Source of the DNA: Malacoraja senta
Taxonomy: Eukaryota
Direction of reading: 5' to 3'
DNA: 64,000 bases
Assembly (NCBI GenBank): GCA_038087875.1
Contig: JAXLNO010000132.1
Span: forward strand, 1-64,000
Numbering within the stretch: position 1 is the first letter of the stretch; every line of letters starts with the position of its first letter. The translations under genes were made by a program, and so were the position numbers. Shown piece after piece: positions 45,370 to 59,690 of this stretch. The notes under the pieces were generated by a model that ran no database searches, was not told the origin of the DNA, and saw nothing but the letters and a program-made list of their open reading frames with translations.

Positions 45370-45711
45370 CTTTGATCCCATATATTTCATATTGTTTCAG
45401 GATCTGGTTCCTCGGATGTGTTTCGGTCAAAGTGAACAATCCTGACCATTTAAATCTGTGTTTTTTTATTGCCAGATTAACAGTACGGAGATCCATATCC
45501 ACCTCCTGGTTCTTGTCTGCGTTTCCCCAGCCATTGCCCCACTGTCTGCTCCACGTGCCCCCGCCCTGGTCGCGGAGAGTTACCACTGTCTGTTTTCCCG
45601 GCCCCGAGTGTGGTTCCCATTCCCAGACAACAGTGTCACTCCCAGGATTGTCCGGTCCTTTTAACACAATGTCACCTCCATTATCCAAGAAATAAATCTG
45701 ATTTCTGATTT
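45370..45711 (-). pseudogene. IgSF pseudogene, first Ig (atypical V-like, Cys-less) exon with mutated donor
   Basis: 342-nt phase 1-1 open exon IYFLDNGGDIVLKGP..VVWEW..VNLAIK..SGLFTL..YEIYGIK; donor reads AAG|atgagt. Confidence 0.7.
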
Positions 45712-46114
45712 CTGTTGGTAATAGAAAAAATGTAGGAATTAACATTTTAAGCACATTTCCTCCACTCCATGTCTGTAATTATTAATTTTGAATTTCATTT
45801 ATTTCCAGAATGTTTTGATCTCCCACAGAACCTCCAGTGAGACGGACACAGTTTGTGAATAGATGGCTGGCTGGAATAACCTGGCCTGATCCAGGGATAC
45901 TTCATGACATGAGAAGAGTGAGTGGGAGAAAGACGGAAGTGGAAGGGCGTTTGTGTCGGGTCTCCAGCCGGTGTTCCCTGTGACGGGGTTTCCTGGTGTG
46001 GGTGGAGATCACGCCGATCCTGTACACACCGCATCCCCGGCCCTTGTCGGACAGACCTGCAACAGAATAAACATGCTCATGCCTCCCTGCCTGCTCCTCA
46101 TTCCACAGTGATTT

Positions 46115-48900
46115 ACAACATAGAACAGTTCAGAACAGGAACAAGCCCCTCGGCCCACAAGGTCTATGTCGAGCATAATGCCACGACCAACTTATCTGCC
46201 TACACATAATCCATATCTCTCCATTCCCTGCATGTCCATGTGCCTATCCAAAAGTCTCTTAAATCCCATTCACACATCTCCCTTCCATCACCACCAGCAG
46301 CATGTTCCAGCCACTCACCACTGTAAAATAATTGTCCTTCACATCTCCTTCACACTTTGCCTCTCTCACCTAAAAGCCCCCCATGCCCTCTTGTATTTGA
46401 TACTTCCATCCTGGGGAAAAGATTCTGACTGTCTACATTGACCTTGCCGCTCATAATTTGGTAGAATTCTATCAAACCTCACTTCAATGTCAAACATTCC
46501 AGAGAAAACAATCCAAGTCTATTCAACCTCTCCCTGTAGCTAATATCCAGTAATACGGGCATAATTCTTGTAAACCTTCTCAGCCCTGTCTCCAAAGCCT
46601 CTGCATCTTTTTGGGGCATCCAGAACTGCATGTCATGCTTGAAATCCGGCCTAACCAAAGTCCGACAAAGCTGCATCACATCCTGACTTCCTGACTCTTA
46701 TACCCAATGATCCAACCAAAGGCATGCCATCTGCCTTCTTTGTCACTCTATCTACCTGTATTACCATTTTCAGAGAGTTTGGGACTTGGATCCCAAGGTC
46801 CCTCTGTACATCAATGCTGTTAAGGGCCTTGCCTTTAATTGTATATCTTCCCCTTATATTCAACCTCCCAAAGTGCAACACCTCACAGATGCTTGGATTA
46901 AACTTGATCTGTCATTTGTCCACCCATTTCTGTAGCTGGTCTATATCCCATTCATTACTTTACAACATACTTTGATACTTTGACAGCGTTGTTCACAGTG
47001 CAGCAATCTTGTTCTCATCTGCAAATGTACTAACCAACCCATCTACATTAAAATTCATTGTATAAATCATGACCGACAGTGGTCCTGGCAGAGATCCATA
47101 TAGAACTCCACTGGTCACAGATTTCCTGCCTGAATATTGCCTTTTCCTCTGTTTTCTAGTCTGCCCATTCTGAATCCTGACAAACAATTCAATGTTAATC
47201 CCATGCTTATTAATCTTCAGCATCAGTCTATCATGGGGGACTTTACCAAGTGCCTTACTAAAATCAGTGTAGACAATGCCACGTAAAAGTCATGCCTACT
47301 GTCTTTAATCCAAACTGAAGAAATCTCACTTCATATTTCTCTTGGGTATCTGACAACTTAATGGTATGAACATTGAATTCTTGACTTTCAGGCAACAAAT
47401 CCCCAAACAATCCACCCCACCTTTTTACTGACATATTTTATTTTATTTCATTTTTTTTCCTTTTCCTTTGCTCCTCATCCCTGGAGTTATCTGACACCTC
47501 ACCTACATCCCCTAACTCCAGTTTCAGTTTCCTTCATTTATCCTTGTTTACCTTCTCCTTGTCTACCGTCTTGATTTTAATGTAAGTATAAGAAGCCTTG
47601 GAACTTTCTTTACTCCAAATCGCCACAGCCATTTTGTGGCCTATTTTCTCCCTTCCCATCGCCCGCTTGAGTTCTTTCCTCCTTGCTTTATATTCCTCAA
47701 TGGCCCTCTCTGCTATCATATTCTTGAACCTTGCATGTGTTTCCTTTCTATTGTTGACCAAATGTACACATTTATTTGGTCATCTCAGGTTCCCTTACTT
47801 TGCCAGTCTTATCTCTCCTCCTTACTGGAACTTGCCGGTCTTGAGTTTGGATCAACTGACCTTCAGACAATTCTCAATCTCAGACTTGGAGTAACTTAAT
47901 AACAACTGCTCTGAGTCTACCTTACCAAGCTCCTGCCTAATAATGGTGTCATTTGCCTTACTCAAATTAATGTCTTGTCGCACAGAACAGACTTATCCCT
48001 ATTCAAACAAATCTTAAAACTTATGGAGTTGTATTCACTGTCTCCAAAATACTCTTTCACTAAAACATCAGTCACTTGGCCAGACACATTTCCCAACACA
48101 AGGTCCATTTTGGATTCCTTTCTCACGTTGCACTATTCACAATTGTTACAAAACATCCTATTGGATATACCATTAGTCACCCCCCAAGACATCCATTTGT
48201 GTAATCTTTCAGTAATCTGTGTCCACATCTGTTCCTCTATTTCCTGCTCACTCTTGGGGGACCTCTCATACAATTCCGTTGAATTGCTTGCACCTTTCTT
48301 ATTTTCACATGGCTCTACCCATATCACCTCAATGGACAAACCATCCAGAGTCTCCACTCTGAGTGCCAACAAGATAGTTTCCCTGATTAATAAAGCAATT
48401 CCCCCATCTTTTTCCCATAGAAACACGGAACATTGAGCTGCTAGTCATGTCCCTGTCACAACCATATTTCCACAATGACCACAACATCATAGTCCCCAAC
48501 AGCGATCTGGGTTCTAAGTTCATCCACTTTGCCCACAATACTCCTTGCATTGAAATGAACATACCTCCACCCATCAGTTTCACTATATAACTTCACCTCC
48601 CTCTGTCTGTCCTTCCTTTGAGACTTACTTATCTTAATCTCCACCTTCCCATCACCCCCCTGCCTCCAGTTTAGCCCTCTTGGTAACACTAGTGCACCTC
48701 CCTGCAAACATATTGGTCCCCTCCATTTCAGATACAAACTATCCATCTTGTAGAGGTGACGTCTGCCCCAGAAGAGATGCCAATGGCCGAAAGATCTGAA
48801 TCTGAATCTCTGCCCCCTGCACCAAGTCCTGAGCCATACATTCATCTGTCCTTTCTTCCTATTCCTACCTTCACTAACATGGCACCGGGAGGAATCTGGA
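46115..48900 (-). mobile_element. Old degenerate CR1 LINE (ORF1 end, endonuclease, RT, 3' end)
   Basis: HFNARSIVGKVDEL..YDVVVIVEIWL, GGIALLIRE, FADENKI, RDLGIQV, LVRP. Confidence 0.8.
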
Positions 48901-49259
48901 GATGACGAGCCCAGCGAGCCTTGATAAAGATCTGTGTGTGTTCTCTGGCCACAGGTGAGTTCGTGGAAGGATTGGAGAGTTGTTAATGTAGTGAGACTCA
49001 TGTCAGTGGTAGGGAAACTATCAGACCTCATCCCTTTTCCTACCCATCCCATTTGTGCCAAAGTGCCCACCGCCTTCTGGCTGTTCACCTTCGTCCTTGA
49101 GAATGTCCCACAACTGCTGGGAGACATCCTGGACCCTGGCACCAGGGAGACAACACACCATCCTGGAGTCTGGTTTGCTGCCACTGAATCACCAGTCTGA
49201 CCCCCAAATATTCTGGGATTTGAATGGAATGGAATTGCAGGCTGGAGAAAGGGGTTGTG

Positions 49260-49560
49260 GTGGGACTGAAGACAATGGCTTTGGGATTCAAAGTGTTCAG
49301 TTGGGGGGGGAATTCTGCTCATCCAGTCCTGGATGTCCCACGTGTAGTCTGGGAATGTGGAGACTATGGAGGGGTCGAGGGAGGTGCTAGCGAGGTCAAG
49401 CTGGTGTCCACAGTCAACTTGTGGAAGTTACGGTGAAACCAGCTGATGTCACCGAAAGGCAGCTTGAGGATGAGAAATAGGAGGGGTCCATGGTAGATTG
49501 TCGGAGGGTGCCCGAGGGAACTGTGCTGGAGCGTGAAGTGAAGACATTGCGGGTAGTTCT
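49260..49560 (-). mobile_element. Degenerate L2 RT fragment
   Basis: GPLLFLILKLPFGDI..FH..VDTSL resembles L2 GPLLF..YMLPLG.II..FH.YADDTQL. Confidence 0.6.
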
Positions 49561-49878
49561 CGGGCTGCGACTGGATCGATAAGTCAAGGGCAGTTGCACC
49601 CACCTGGACTGGTGGGGAGATGTTGGGGAGGATGGTGTGGACAACCATGTCACACTACTCACCGGGAGCCATTTATGACTTTGAAAAGGACCATGTTGGC
49701 GCAGGGGAAGGGGAGGGAGGGAGCTAATGGGAGAGGCTCAGAAATGGAGCTCCAGCAAGGATGGGGTGGATTTGAGGGACGTGAAGAGGAAAGCAAGATT
49801 GACAATGGGGTGTGGGTTTACACGGACAATGATAAAGTAAAGCAACGTGATTGTGACCGGTGAAGAGAAAGCACTTAC

Positions 49879-49966
49879 TCTGTGTGGAAACAGGTCGAAG
49901 CAGGAAAACAAAGACACCGAACATCAAACCAGCTGGCAAACTGCTGCAGAAAAACCTGGGCCTCAT
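49879..49966 (-). pseudogene. Signal-peptide exon of the IgSF pseudogene
   Basis: MRPRFFCSSLPAGLMFGVFVFLLRPVSTQ plus 1 nt, then gtaagt; phase 1 matches the downstream Ig exons. Confidence 0.65.
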
Positions 49967-50589
49967 TTTGTGGATTCCCTGTGGGAAATAACATAGAATT
50001 TTAGACTGAGCCAGTTTGAGACACATATCTTCAGTGCATTTGGAGTCCACGTCGATAGCTCACGGAAAGTGGCAGCACAAGTAGTTAGGGTAGTGAAGAA
50101 GGCGTATGGTATGCTTGCCTTCAATGCTAAGGCATTGAATGTAAGATTGAGGAAGTGTCTCTTGTTTCTAAAGATAAAACTTCAATTGCAATACTTCTGT
50201 TCTGGTGCTGCTCACTGTGGGTCAAAGGTTGTATTATAAGGACAGGAACATTGCCCCATCTCCCACACACTGTTACTGTGCTGAGGAATGAAGCAACAAT
50301 ATGTCAAAGTGTGGTCCATCAGGGAATGTTGCCACCTGACCCACTCCAGACTGCAGGAAAACGTGCTGAGGGATGCACCACAGACTAGGGACCTTCTGCT
50401 GGACATTGAGGGATGAGTCTGGTGGGAACACACCCATAGAAGGGAAGGGATATCACCACAGGGGGCCACATGAGTGATAAGGATGTTTATTGTAAAGATT
50501 AATGCTATTGAGTATGACACTATTGAATGTAGATAGATAGATAGATAGATATACCTTTAATAATCCTTTGCAGGAAATTACAATGCCAC

Positions 50590-50930
50590 GACAGCTTCAA
50601 GACAGACATAACACCACAAATAGCTTCCATACTTGACAAGTTAAAATACAATTAATTTAAAAAAAAGTGCAGTTATTTATGCGCATTGTATAATCTTATC
50701 GCAGCTGGTAAGCAGGACTTCCTATGTCTCTCCATTTTGCACATTGGTGCAATCAGTCTCTGACTGAAGCTGCTGCTCTTGATCACCTTCAGGGCATGGA
50801 GTGGGTGAGTGGGGTTGGTCATTATAGAAACCAGTTTTTTCAGTGATCTGGCCTCTGCCACCTGCTGGACCGTTCGTTGCTCAGCCCCGACCACTGAGCC
50901 GGCCTTCCTGATCAGTTTGTCCAGTCTGTA
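50590..50930 (-). mobile_element. Rex1/Babar LINE 3' end
   Basis: RLDKLIRKAGSVVG..NPTHPLH..ERHRKSCLPAAIRLYN. Confidence 0.8.
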
Positions 50931-51244
50931 GACAGTTTGTCCAGTCTGTAGAGACACTGGAAGTGTCTGAAGATGTTTTTATGTTTTAGATTTGTATAAA
51001 CTGCAGATTCTGGTTTACCGAGGAAAGACACAAAATAATGGAGTATCGCAGCAGGTCAGGCAGCATCCCAGGAGAACATGGCTAGGTGATGTTTTGGGGC
51101 AGGACTGTTTTGTTCAAAAATAGTTTTGTAAATTGTTTTTATTCTGCCTAAAGTTCATTTTTAAAATTTAAAGGAAATGTGAGGTTAGAAGGGCTCAAGG
51201 TGTAATAATTGTGTTTTCCAAGCTCATTCAGAAGATTATATGGG

Positions 51245-53797
51245 ATGATATACCAGACTGATTCCTGGGATGTCAGGACTTTCATATGAAGAAAGACTGG
51301 ATAGACTTGGCTTATACTCGCTAGAATTTAGGAGATTGAGAGGGGATCTTATAGAAACGTACAAAATTCTTATGGGGTTGGACAGGCTAGATGCAGGAAG
51401 ATTGTTCCCGATGTTGGGGAAGTCCAGGACAAGGGGTCACAGCTTAAGGATAAGGGGGAAATCCTTTAAGACCGAGATGAGAAAAAACTTTTTCACACAG
51501 AGAGTGGTGAATCTCTGGAACTCTCTGCCACCGAGGGTAGTGGAGGCCAGTTCATTGGCTATATTTAAGAGGGAGTTAGATGTGGCCCTTGTGGCTAAAG
51601 GGATCAGGGGGTATGGAGAGAAGGCAGGTACGGGATACTGAGTTGGATGATCAGCCATGATCATATTGAATGGTGGTGCAGGCTCGAAGGGCCGAATGGT
51701 CTACTCCTGCACCTATTTTCTATGTATATATGTATATATATAGATCTGACAGACCCCAAGAACAATGAGGGATTCTGGGTTTCCCCATATCACATTCAGG
51801 ACCTGAAGCAAAATTCAGAGCAATGGTTAAGGCTGCATTTAGAGCAAACACAGCAAAGAGTAGCCGGAAGACAGAGGATTGGGAAACTTTCATAGGACAA
51901 CAGAAGGAAACAAAACGGGCAATACGGGCTGAAAAGATGAAGTATGAAGGGAAGCTGGCCAGGAATATAAAGAATGACAGTAAAAGCTTCTTTAGATATG
52001 TTAAGGGAAAAATAATAGCAAAGTCAAATGTGGGTCCCTTGAAGGCAGACGTGGGTGAAATTATTATGGGTAACAAGGAAATGGCAGAAGAGTTCAATAG
52101 GTACTTCGGATCTGTCTTCACTAAGGAAGACACAAACAATCTCCCAGAAGTATTGGAGGACAGAGGATCTAAGGGGGTAGAGGAACTGAAAGAATTTTTC
52201 ATTAGGCGAGAAAAAGTATTGGGTAGGCTTATGGGACTGAAGGATGATAAATCCCCTGGGCCTGATGGTTTGCATCCCAGGGTCCTCAGGGAGGTGGCTC
52301 TAGAAATAGTGGATGCATTGGTGATCATTTTCCAATGTTCAATAGATTCAGGATCAGTTCCTGTGGATTGGAGGATAGCTAATGTTATCCCACTTTTCAA
52401 GAAAGGAGCGAGAGAGAAAACGGGGAATTACAGACCAGTTAGCCTGACTTCCGTGCTGGGAAGATGCTGGAGTCAATTATTAAAGAGTTAATAATGGGGC
52501 ATTTGGATTGCAGTAAAATGATTAGTCCAAGTCAACATGGATTTATGAAAGGGAAATCATGCTTGACCAATCTTCTGGAATTTTTTGAGGATATGACAAG
52601 TAAAATGGATGCCAGTGGATGTAGTGTATCTAGACGTTCAGAAAGCCTTTGATAAGGTCCTGCACGGGAGACTGGTGACTAAAATTAGAGCACATGGTAT
52701 CGGGGGCAGGGTGTTGACATGGATAGAAAATTGGTTGGCAGACAGGAAGCAAATAGTAGGAGTGAACGTGTCCTTTTCAGAACGGCAGGCAGTGGCGAGT
52801 GGAGTGCCGCAAGGCTCGGTGTTGGGGCCGCAACTGTTTACCATATATACTAATTATTTGGAAGAGGGAATTAGGAGCAACACTAGCAAGTTTGCGGATG
52901 ACACAAAGCTGGGTGGCAGTGTGAACTGTGAAGAGGATGTTAGGAGGTTGCAGGGTGACCTGGACAGGTTGAGTGGAGTGGGCAGATGCGTAGCAGATGC
53001 AGTATAATATAGATAAATCTGAGGTTATCCACTTTGGCGGCAAAAACAAGGGGGCAGAATATTATCTCACTGGTGTTAGGTTAGGTAAGGGGGAGGTGCA
53101 GCGAGCCCTGGGTGTCCTTGTACACCAGTCACTGAAAGTTGGCGTGCAGATACAGCAGGCAGTGAAGAATAATGGAATATTGGCCTTCATAACAAGAGGA
53201 TTTCAGTATAGGAGTAAAGAGATTCTTCAGCAGTTGTATTGGTCTCTGGTGAGACCACATCTGGAGTATTGTGTACAGTTTTGGTCTCCTAATTTGAGGA
53301 AGGACATCCTTGTGATTGAGGCAGTGCAGCGTAGGTTCACGAGATTGATCCCTGGGATGGCCGGACTGTCATATGTGGAAAGATTGAAAAGACTAGGCTT
53401 GTATTCACTGGAGTTCAGAAGGATGAGGGGGTTCTTATAGCAACATATAAAATTATAAAAGGACTGGACGAGCTAGATGCAGGAAAATGTTCCCAATGTT
53501 GGGCAAGTCCAGAACCAGCGGCCATTCTTAGAATAAAGGGGAAGCCATTTAAGACTGAGGTGAGAAAAAACGTTTTCACCCAGAGAGTTGTGAATTTGTA
53601 GTATTCCCTGCCACAGAGGGCAGTGGAGGCCAAATCACAGAGAGTTAGATAGAGCTCTAGGGGCTAGTGGAATCAAGGGATATGGGGAGAAGGCAGGCAC
53701 GGGTTATTGATTGGGGACGATCAGCCATGATCACAATGAATGGCAGTGCTGGCTCAAAGGGCCGAATGGCCTCCTGCACCTATTTTCTATGTTTCTA
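51245..53797 (+). mobile_element. Two CR1 copies: 3' end 51245-51725 and long ORF2 fragment 51820-53797
   Basis: KSPGPDGLHPRVL, NYRPVSLTS, GVPQGSVLGP, KFADDTK and 3' tails. Confidence 0.92.
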
Positions 53798-53874
53798 AAT
53801 TTCACAACGTGTCAATAGGCAGCAGAGGTGTGAAGGGCAAAGAAAAGATCAACCCATCACAAAACCTTATTGTA

Positions 53875-54640
53875 TGAACAGACTGGACCATTTCCCACCC
53901 CAACCAACACTTCACACCCACTCACAGCCTGACCTCAGTCTGCAAAGACTGGGCCCTTCTACACCCACCCTCCTCCAATCACCACTTCACACCCAATTAC
54001 TCACACCCTCCTTGCTGAACACCATCACTTCATCAACAATAAAAATAGAGGAGGTGGAGAGGCTTTTCAGAAGACAGAAAAGCCGGAAATCTCCAGGACC
54101 TGACAATGTTTCCCCCTCTACTCTCAAGCTCTGTGCGAAACATATACAGACATGTTTAACCAGTCCCTGCAAACATGTACTGTCCCTGCCTGCTTCAAAG
54201 TCTCCACTATTGTCCCTGTACCCAAAAAGGTAAGGATTACTTGTCTTAATGACTGACCTCTGTAGTCATGAAGACCCTTGAAAGGCTTGTGCTGGCCAAG
54301 CTGAAAAATATCACAAACCCCCTGCTGGACACTGCAGTTTGCATATCGGGCCAATAGATCTGTGGATGATGCAGTTAACCTGGGCCTGCACGTCATCCTA
54401 CAGCACCTAGACCGCCAGGGGACCTATGCGAGGATTTTGATTGTTGATTTTAGCTCTGCATTCAACACCATTGTGCCAGAGCTACTACACTCCAAACTTT
54501 CCGAGTTGACTGTGCCTGAACCCCTCTGTTGGTGGATCACCAGCTTCCTGACACACAGGAAGCAGCATGTGAGGCTGGGAAAGCACATCTCGGACCCGCA
54601 AACGTTCAGTATAGGAGCACCGCAAGGCTGCGTACTATCC
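53875..54640 (+). mobile_element. Rex1/Babar RT fragment
   Basis: KSPGPDNV, QFAYRANRSVDDA, ARILIVDFSSAFNTI, GAPQGCVLS. Confidence 0.85.
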
Positions 54641-56995
54641 CAGGGTACTAAACGAAGTGGCTCCAGAAAACGTGGATGCATTGGTGATAATTTTCCAATG
54701 TTCTATAGACTCAGGATCAGTTCCTGTGAATTGGAGGGTAGCTAATGTTATCCCACTTTGTAAGAAAGGCGGGAGAGAGAAAACAGAGAATTATAGACCA
54801 GCTTGCCTGACATCGGTGGTGGGGAAGATGCTGGAGTCAATTATAAAAATGGAATAGCCGAACATTTGGATAGCAGTAACAGGATCGGTCTGAGTCAGCA
54901 TGGATTTATGAAGAGGAAATCATGCTTGACTAGATAGGCTAAATGAACAAAGCCTTTTACCCAGAGTCTATTGACTGAGATAACCTGGAAAACTCTTTGC
55001 ATCCTCTTTGCTTCTCATAGAAACATAGACAATAGGTGCAGTAGGCCATTCGGCCCTTCGAGCCTGCACCGCCATTCAATATGATCATGGCTGATCATCC
55101 AACTCAGTATCCTGTACCTGCCTTCTCTCCATACACCCTGATCCCTTTAGCCACTCCCTCTTAAATATAGCCAATGAACTGGCCTCAACTACCTTCTGTG
55201 GCAGAGAGTTCCACAGATTCACCACACTCTGTGTGAAAAAAGTTTTTCTCATCTCAAAGATTTCCCCCTTATCCTTAAGCTGTGACCCCTTGTCTTGGAC
55301 TTCCCCAACATCGGGAACAAACTTCCTGCATCTAGCCTGTCCAACCCCTTAAGAATTTTTAAAGTTTCTATAAGACCCCCCTTCAATCTTCTAAATTCTA
55401 GCGAGTACAAGCCGAGTCTATCCAGTCTTTCTTCATATGAAAGTCCTGACTTCCCAGGAATCAGTCTGGTGAACCTTCTCTGTACTCCCTCTATGGCAAG
55501 AATGTCTTTCCTCAGATTTGGAGATCGAAACTGTACGCAATACTCCAGGTGTGGTCTCACTAAGACCCTGTACAACTGCAGTAGAACCTCCCTGCTCCTA
55601 TACTCAAATCCTTTTGCTATGAATGCTAACATACCATTCGCTTTCTTCACTGCCTGCTGCATCTGAATGCCTACTTTCATTGACTAGTAGAGATAACATA
55701 TATAAGCATCTGGATAAACAGGGTCTGATTAGGAACAGTCAACATGGATATGTGCCTGGAAGGTCATGTTTGACTAATCTTCTTGAATCTTTCGAAGAGG
55801 TTACTAGGGAAATTGATGAGGGTAAAGCAGTGGATGTAAAGCAGTGGAACAAGGTTCCTCATGGAAGGTTGGTTAAGAAGATTCAATTGTTGGGTATTAA
55901 TAGTGGAGTAGCAAGATGGATTCAACAGTGGCTGAATGGGAGATACCAGAGAGTAATGGTGGATAACTGTTTGTCAGGTTGGAGGCCGGTGACTAGTGGG
56001 GTGCCTCACGGGTCGGTGTTGGGTCCACTGTTTGTCATGTCCATCAATGATCTGGATGATGGTGTGGAAAATTGAATTAGTAAGTAAGCAGATGATACTA
56101 AGATAGGTGATATTATGGATAATTAAGTAGATTTTCAAAGTCTACAGAGAGATTTAGGCCATTTGGAAGAGTGGGCTGAAAGATGGCAGATGGAGTTTAA
56201 TGCTGATAAATGTGAGGTGCTACATCTTGGCAGGACAAATCAAAATAGGACGTACATGGTAAATGGTAGCAAATTGAGGAATGCAGTTGAACGGAGGGAT
56301 CTAGGAATAACTGTGCATAGTTCCCTGGAGGTGGAATCTCATGTAGATAGGGTGGTAAAGAAAGCTTTTGGTGTGCTGGCCTTTATAAATCAGAGCATTG
56401 AATATAGAAGTTGGGATGTAATGTTAAAATTGTACAAGGCATTGGTGAGGCCAATTCTGGAGTATGGAGTACAATTTTGGTCGCCTAATTATAGGAAGGA
56501 TGTCAACAAAATAGAGAGAGTACAGAGGAGGTGTACTAGAATGTTGCCTGGGTTTCAGCAACTAAGTTACAGAGAAAGGTTGAACAAGTTAGGTCTTTAT
56601 TCTTTGGAGCGCAGAAGGTTAAGGGGGACTTGATAGAGGTCTTTAAAATGATGAGCGGGTTAGACAGGATAAGCTTTTCCCATTGAGAGCAGGGAAGATT
56701 CAAACAAGGGGACATGACTTGAGAATTAAGGGACAGAAGTTTAGGAGTAACGGGGAACTTCTTTACTCAGAGAGTGGTAGCTGTGTGGAATGAGCTTCCA
56801 GTGGAAGTGGTGGAGGCAGGTTCGATTTTATCCTTTAAAAATAGATTGGATGGGTATATGGACGATTGGAGGGTTATGGTCTGAGTGCAGGTAGATGGGA
56901 CTAGGGGGAAGTAATTAAAAAAAAATTTTAAGTGTTCGGCACGGACTTGAAGGGCCGAGATGGCCTGTTTCCGTGCTGTAATGGTTATATGGTTA
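54640..56995. mobile_element. Mosaic of CR1 fragments (+ 54640-54930; - 55015-55683; + 55686-56995)
   Basis: CR1 RT and C-terminal motifs in ORFs 54657, 55249, 55623 and 56163. Confidence 0.88.
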
Positions 56996-57855
56996 TAATT
57001 ACTCTCAGTTTCATGTCATCAAACTTAGAAATATTAAATTTATTTCCTTGTCAAAATCATTAATGTACATTGAAAATAACAGGCTCAAGCAATGGTTTCA
57101 ATGATGGCTCATTAGTCACCATGTGCCACCCAAAAGAAGTCTCGGTTCCTAGCGTGCTAAAGAATTTTCAATCCATCCCAGTTGAACATTGCCAAAACCA
57201 CATGTTTTAATATTCCTTGTTGATCTTTTATGCATGGTTTTATCAAAGACCTACTGAAAATTCAACACATCCACTTCTTCTCCCTGAAGCAAAAACCCCA
57301 AACAAATTCCTGGAGGAACTCAGCGACTCAGGCAGCATCTGTGGAGGAAAATGATTCATCCAACGATTTCTTTTTTTTAAGTACAGCATACTTGTCATAC
57401 AGCAGGTAGGAAACAGGAAATTTGAAACGTGGGAAAGAATAAAGTGCATTTGAATAGTCAAGAGAAACACCGCTATTTTAGATTTTAATCAGTCGGATGT
57501 AGCAAAAAGAATGACATTTGTTCCTTTTTTAGTGAAGACAGCATCATTGTAATAGGAGAACACATTTCACAAGAACATTTGAAGTAGTACATCAGTTTTG
57601 CAAACTACATTTCAATCATTTAATCCCGTTCATTTAATCCACGATTACCAATGAAGAATAATGTCTGAAGTTTACTGACCTTCTGCAGAGGAACTTGTGT
57701 GGAATTCTGGAGAAGCAGCAACGTGGCTTTGAGCCCAGCACAGGACAAGCTGAGGTTCCCTCACACTGCACAGTAACTGACACTGCCTCTTGTCAAACTA
57801 AATGACACTCCCCCTCCAGCTCAGGGTTCTGGCACCACTGGTGTTGATACAAATG

Positions 57856-58935
57856 TTTTTTTTGTTTTATTTTAAATATTTTATTTATTAGAAGTAAGTA
57901 CATTACATTTTGATGGTACCTTTTTACAAGTTCCCAAAGTTATTATAACATTCTTTGTACAACTTCCCTTTTTTTTAGAAAGAAATGAGAAAGAAAGAAG
58001 TAGTAAAGAGTAAAGGAAAGTCTAGTGAATGTGAAGTAAAGAAAATAAATAAGTAAGAAAGTGAAGCAGAAAGGAGATTCTCCCTCGCCACAAGTCGATG
58101 CTTTTTTATATTCTTGATTATTTATCGCCCAAACACAGAATTTTTAATTTTACGATACTGTTGCACCCAATGAATCCAAAAAGTCAATTAATGGAGACCA
58201 ACTCGTTAAGAATTGGTCTTGTGTGTCTATTAGGAGGAGTCTCATTTCTTCCAAGTGGGCAGTTTCCAACATATTATCAATCCACATTTTGAGTGTTGGT
58301 ATAGTAGCATTTTTCCAAAATTTAGGTATGATTTTTTTTGCTGTTATTAAACCATAATTAAAAAATGAAATTTGGGATATATTTAATTTGTTTCCATCTC
58401 CTATTACTCCAAATATAATCATTTCAATATTAGGTTCCATTTTTATCTTAAATAAACTAGTGAATATATCAAATATATCACACCAAAATCCATGAGGTTT
58501 TGTGCAAGAAACGAAAGAGTGTGTGATATTGGCGTTTTGAGAAAGACATTTATCACAGATGGGAGAAATATTTGAATAAAATGTATTCAACCAAACTTTT
58601 GAATAATATAATCTATGTAATATTTTAAATTGAATTAAATTGTGTCAAGCGTTAATAGAACATTTATGTATATATATCAAATACCTTTCCCATGTTTCTT
58701 TAGAAATTTTTATCATTAATTATTTTTCCCAGTCTTCTCTAATTTCCTCAGTTGATGGCAATTCTCTGTTAAGAATACTATTATATAAATATGATATTAA
58801 TTTTTGTGAGTCCGCCTTAATATTCATTGCTTCTTCCAGTGGGTCTATCATTATGCTCTGTAATCTTGCTATATATTTTTTTATAAAGTCACATATCTGT
58901 AAATGGGTTAAGATATAGAATTATACAACAAATAA
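57856..58935 (-). mobile_element. L1-clade LINE 3' end
   Basis: ICDKC..ITHSFVSC...FW...AKKII..WK....PT...W..W.P; T-rich tail near 57856. Confidence 0.8.
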
Positions 58936-58959
58936 AGATTCCATCTGAAATCGAACTTG

Positions 58960-59690
58960 CACCTTTGCGATTTTGAACATTTCGAATGGATCTCAAATGG
59001 GAGAGCTCCATGTGCTTTGCTGCATCCTGCTGGGCCTGATGTTCCACGAGAGAGTACATGCAATCCAGGGAGGTCCTGCCATTTCATGATGACAAAACCT
59101 CCATAGAGAGTTGTGTTCATTAAACATGCTGGCAATTCCATTGCACCCATTAGGATAAACTGAACCATTCCCGGAGAGAGGATTGGCCCTGGTGAAAGGA
59201 GAAAGAACATACTGTTTCCTCACTTGCCTCTTCATGGGAAGGAGCCCACAGATTTCACCATGGGAAGCTTTCACTGTCCTAATGAATGCCCACCATTATT
59301 GGTCAGCTGAGCAAAATCTCGAATGACATTAAAAGAAGCAAGAGTACAGAGGGTACACTGGGTGTGGACCTCAGCATCCATCATTGGGAGTGGCTTGGTC
59401 ACACGACCACTCACTGAGATGGCTGAACCATGAAGGATGTGTCTGCCAGGCTCTTTCTACAGCAGGTAGAGAATGAGCCAACACAAGGGATTGGCCTACT
59501 TGACCTCCTCCTCTCCTGTCCACCTGCAACAGGTGAATCTGTTGACCATGGCTTTGGCAGAAAGCAGTAGACCATTGCACAGTTCTCATTGAGGATAATA
59601 TTTTGTCATTATACCAAAGTCATCCCATATTGCTCTGACTGGCACAACAGTTTTTGATGTCATCTTCCCAAAGGAGCTGCAGAGGCTGAG
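58960..59690 (-). mobile_element. Degenerate RTE-clade LINE RT fragment
   Basis: GEICGLLPMKRQVRKQYVLSP resembles RTE ..F.I..GVKQGCVLAP; heavily decayed. Confidence 0.5.

Noticed and set aside
49364..49662. Additional exon of the Ig gene
   Set aside because: Translates to degenerate L2 RT motifs
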